Of a stretch of 64,000 nucleotides of DNA, positions 62,190 through 64,000 are shown in pieces; within the stretch, counting starts at the first letter, position 1; each line of letters opens with the position of its first letter. A program made the position numbers and the translations under genes. The stretch covers positions 620,001 through 684,000 of the forward strand of contig CP060760.1 in assembly GCA_023205875.1 (NCBI GenBank). Direction: 5' to 3'. The DNA comes from Chloropicon primus. Its lineage: Eukaryota. The notes below the pieces were generated by a model. The model saw only the letters and a program-made list of their open reading frames with translations. It did no database searches and was not told the DNA's origin.

Positions 62190-64000
62190 ATGCGAGGGAT
62201 GACGACGACGATGATGACGATGATGACGTCCCGGTGCCAGGTGGTTGGCGCGGGGAGGGGGGACGTCTCTCGTTGGGGGTTCTGCTCGAGGGCGGACCAC
62301 TGGCAGAGTCGGAGACCTTCTCGGCCCGGGGTGTTGGACCTGTCGCCACCGGTGGCATCCTCGTCGGCGTCCAGGGGGAGGTCTGGACACCACGATAACC
62401 TTGCGTCCGGGGCGTACAGAAAGTACACGACGACGGCGGGAGGGTCGCAACAACGCTCCCCTCCTTCGGCGGGCCTCGACATCGAGACGGCGGTCGAGAG
62501 CTTGCGGTACTGGAACGACCTGATCAACAAAATTGACAGGCCAACCGCCCGTATGATGCTATCGAAGATTGACAGAGAGAACTTGACCGGCGTGGACACC
62601 ACGCTCAAGGGGGTGAGCACCAGCAAGAACTCCCTGTACCAGTTTCTGTTGGACGTCAAGGTCGAGCACCCGACCAAAGTGGTCCTCATAAGGGTTGGGG
62701 AGTTCTACGAGACTTGGGGGTTCGACGCCGTCCTGCTCGTGGAGCACTGCGGCCTGAACCCCATGGGGTACAGGCTGCCAAGGGCCGGGTGCCCCCGGAT
62801 GAACATTCAGAGGACCCTGGACGACTTGACCGCCAAGGGGCTGAGGTGCGTGGTGTGCGAGGAAGCTCCGATGCCTTACTCGTATGGGGCGAGATCCAAG
62901 AGGAAGACGAGGTTCGTGGCTCAGGTCGTGACGCCCCACTCGCCGATCTACGTGTACAACCTCAGTAGCAACCATGGCCTGTCCCCGGACTTCAACTTTC
63001 AGGCGCCACCGGTGGTGGGCATCGAGCAAAGGAAGCAGGACGCGTTCACCGTAATGCTCATGGATGTCGACCTGAGGCAGTTCACGACGTACCACGATGT
63101 GAACGAGGAGATCGCGGCTCACATTATCTCGAGCAACGGCTTCTCTCCCCCCGTGTACTGCCACGAGTCGTATCTTGGCTCTCCGGACAGCGGCCCGCAC
63201 GGGCAGAAGATCCACTCCATCATTCAGGACTCCCTCAAGGTCAGGGTTCGGGGCGGGCCCTTCAAGCACAAGTTCGTGGAGTCCGTTAAGCAGGACTTGG
63301 GCCTGGGGCAGGACTCAGAGTTCATGGAGAGCAGCAGCAGCACGGAGAGCAAGAGGCCCTTCCCCTTGTACAACATGACAGCCAAGAGCATCGGCCTTGC
63401 CACGGAGGCGTCCAACTCCAACATTCCCTCCCTGGTTTCTGCTGTGCTCCCAAAGGACGCGCCAGCTGCATCCAAGCACTTCCTGGCCCGCTACCTCATG
63501 CATCCGCCGCCTCCGAGCGTGGCCGAGTCCGTGCAGAAGTCCCTCCAACGGATCTCGCAGGTCACGCGGGCTCTGCCCCTGCTGCCCATCTTGCCGGCGC
63601 ACAAGATCGCAAAGATGATCCATTCCAAGGAAGCCAACCACTCGGTCTACGTGGACCTGTTGGCCATGCTCAAGGGCATTCAGGACATCTTCGAGTCCAG
63701 CGAGCTGGAGGAAGCCTTGTTTCCCCTGACAGCGGTGGCGGCCATGAGCACGGGGAAGAAGTTCAAAACCAGCGAGATTCGAGACGTGTGCGACGAGGTC
63801 ATCGAGGAAATAGAAAAGGTCGTCAACACAGCCGAGTACCAGGAGCTGATGAGCTCCGTGCTCGACACGGTCGCGGATGGGGAGGAGGAAGGCGACGGGG
63901 GTGATGATGCAGCGGGCGAGGAGCTCCCCCTCGCTGGAAGCAGTAGGAGTGGGGATCAGGCTGCCGAGTCCCTTGTCTACGCCAACGAGAAGAGCGTCCG
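62190..64000 (+). CDS. MSH1: Organellar MutS homolog MSH1, 3' truncated by the window (absent from the ORF track)
   Basis: Frame from ATG 62190 gives a targeting-like N-terminus then RVGEFYETWGFDAVLLVEHCGLNPMG..PRAGCP..NIQRTLDDLT..VCEE..RKTRF. Confidence 0.92.
   Translation, partial: MRGMTTTMMTMMTSRCQVVGAGRGDVSRWGFCSRADHWQSRRPSRPGVLDLSPPVASSSASRGRSGHHDNLASGAYRKYTTTAGGSQQRSPPSAGLDIETAVESLRYWNDLINKIDRPTARMMLSKIDRENLTGVDTTLKGVSTSKNSLYQFLLDVKVEHPTKVVLIRVGEFYETWGFDAVLLVEHCGLNPMGYRLPRAGCPRMNIQRTLDDLTAKGLRCVVCEEAPMPYSYGARSKRKTRFVAQVVTPHSPIYVYNLSSNHGLSPDFNFQAPPVVGIEQRKQDAFTVMLMDVDLRQFTTYHDVNEEIAAHIISSNGFSPPVYCHESYLGSPDSGPHGQKIHSIIQDSLKVRVRGGPFKHKFVESVKQDLGLGQDSEFMESSSSTESKRPFPLYNMTAKSIGLATEASNSNIPSLVSAVLPKDAPAASKHFLARYLMHPPPPSVAESVQKSLQRISQVTRALPLLPILPAHKIAKMIHSKEANHSVYVDLLAMLKGIQDIFESSELEEALFPLTAVAAMSTGKKFKTSEIRDVCDEVIEEIEKVVNTAEYQELMSSVLDTVADGEEEGDGGDDAAGEELPLAGSSRSGDQAAESLVYANEKSV

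Overview
Gene-dense, GC-rich eukaryotic nuclear DNA with short GT-AG introns, TGTAA poly(A) signals and many (CT/GA)n microsatellites. Plastid-type genes (EGY protease, FLAP1/DUF1517, MSH1) and the TGTAA signals point to a compact green picoalga (Chloropicon-like; an inference). About 38 protein-coding genes are supportable, including NRAMP, RAD9, a PRAF/RLD protein, ARP6, GTF3C3, RTEL1, NDUFA9 and NDUFB3 (head-to-head), METTL5, FLAP1, two tandem MFS transporters, an EGY protease, SHPRH, xylose isomerase, AP-1 sigma and a partial MSH1 that is missing from the ORF track. No rRNA, tRNA, CRISPR array or intact mobile element was recognised. Most notable: (1) a cluster of three related secreted Gly/Ala/Ser-rich proteins whose four domains all end in a C-terminal amidation-type signal (-GRK, -G*, -GR*, -GR*); (2) a spliced 94-aa gene resembling the meiotic crossover factor HEIP1/REDIC1; (3) a tandem pair of hyper-acidic secreted proteins; (4) an intron present in only one of two near-identical MFS paralogs; (5) a recurrent CGTAACG upstream motif. 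All family assignments come from recalled motifs, not database searches.
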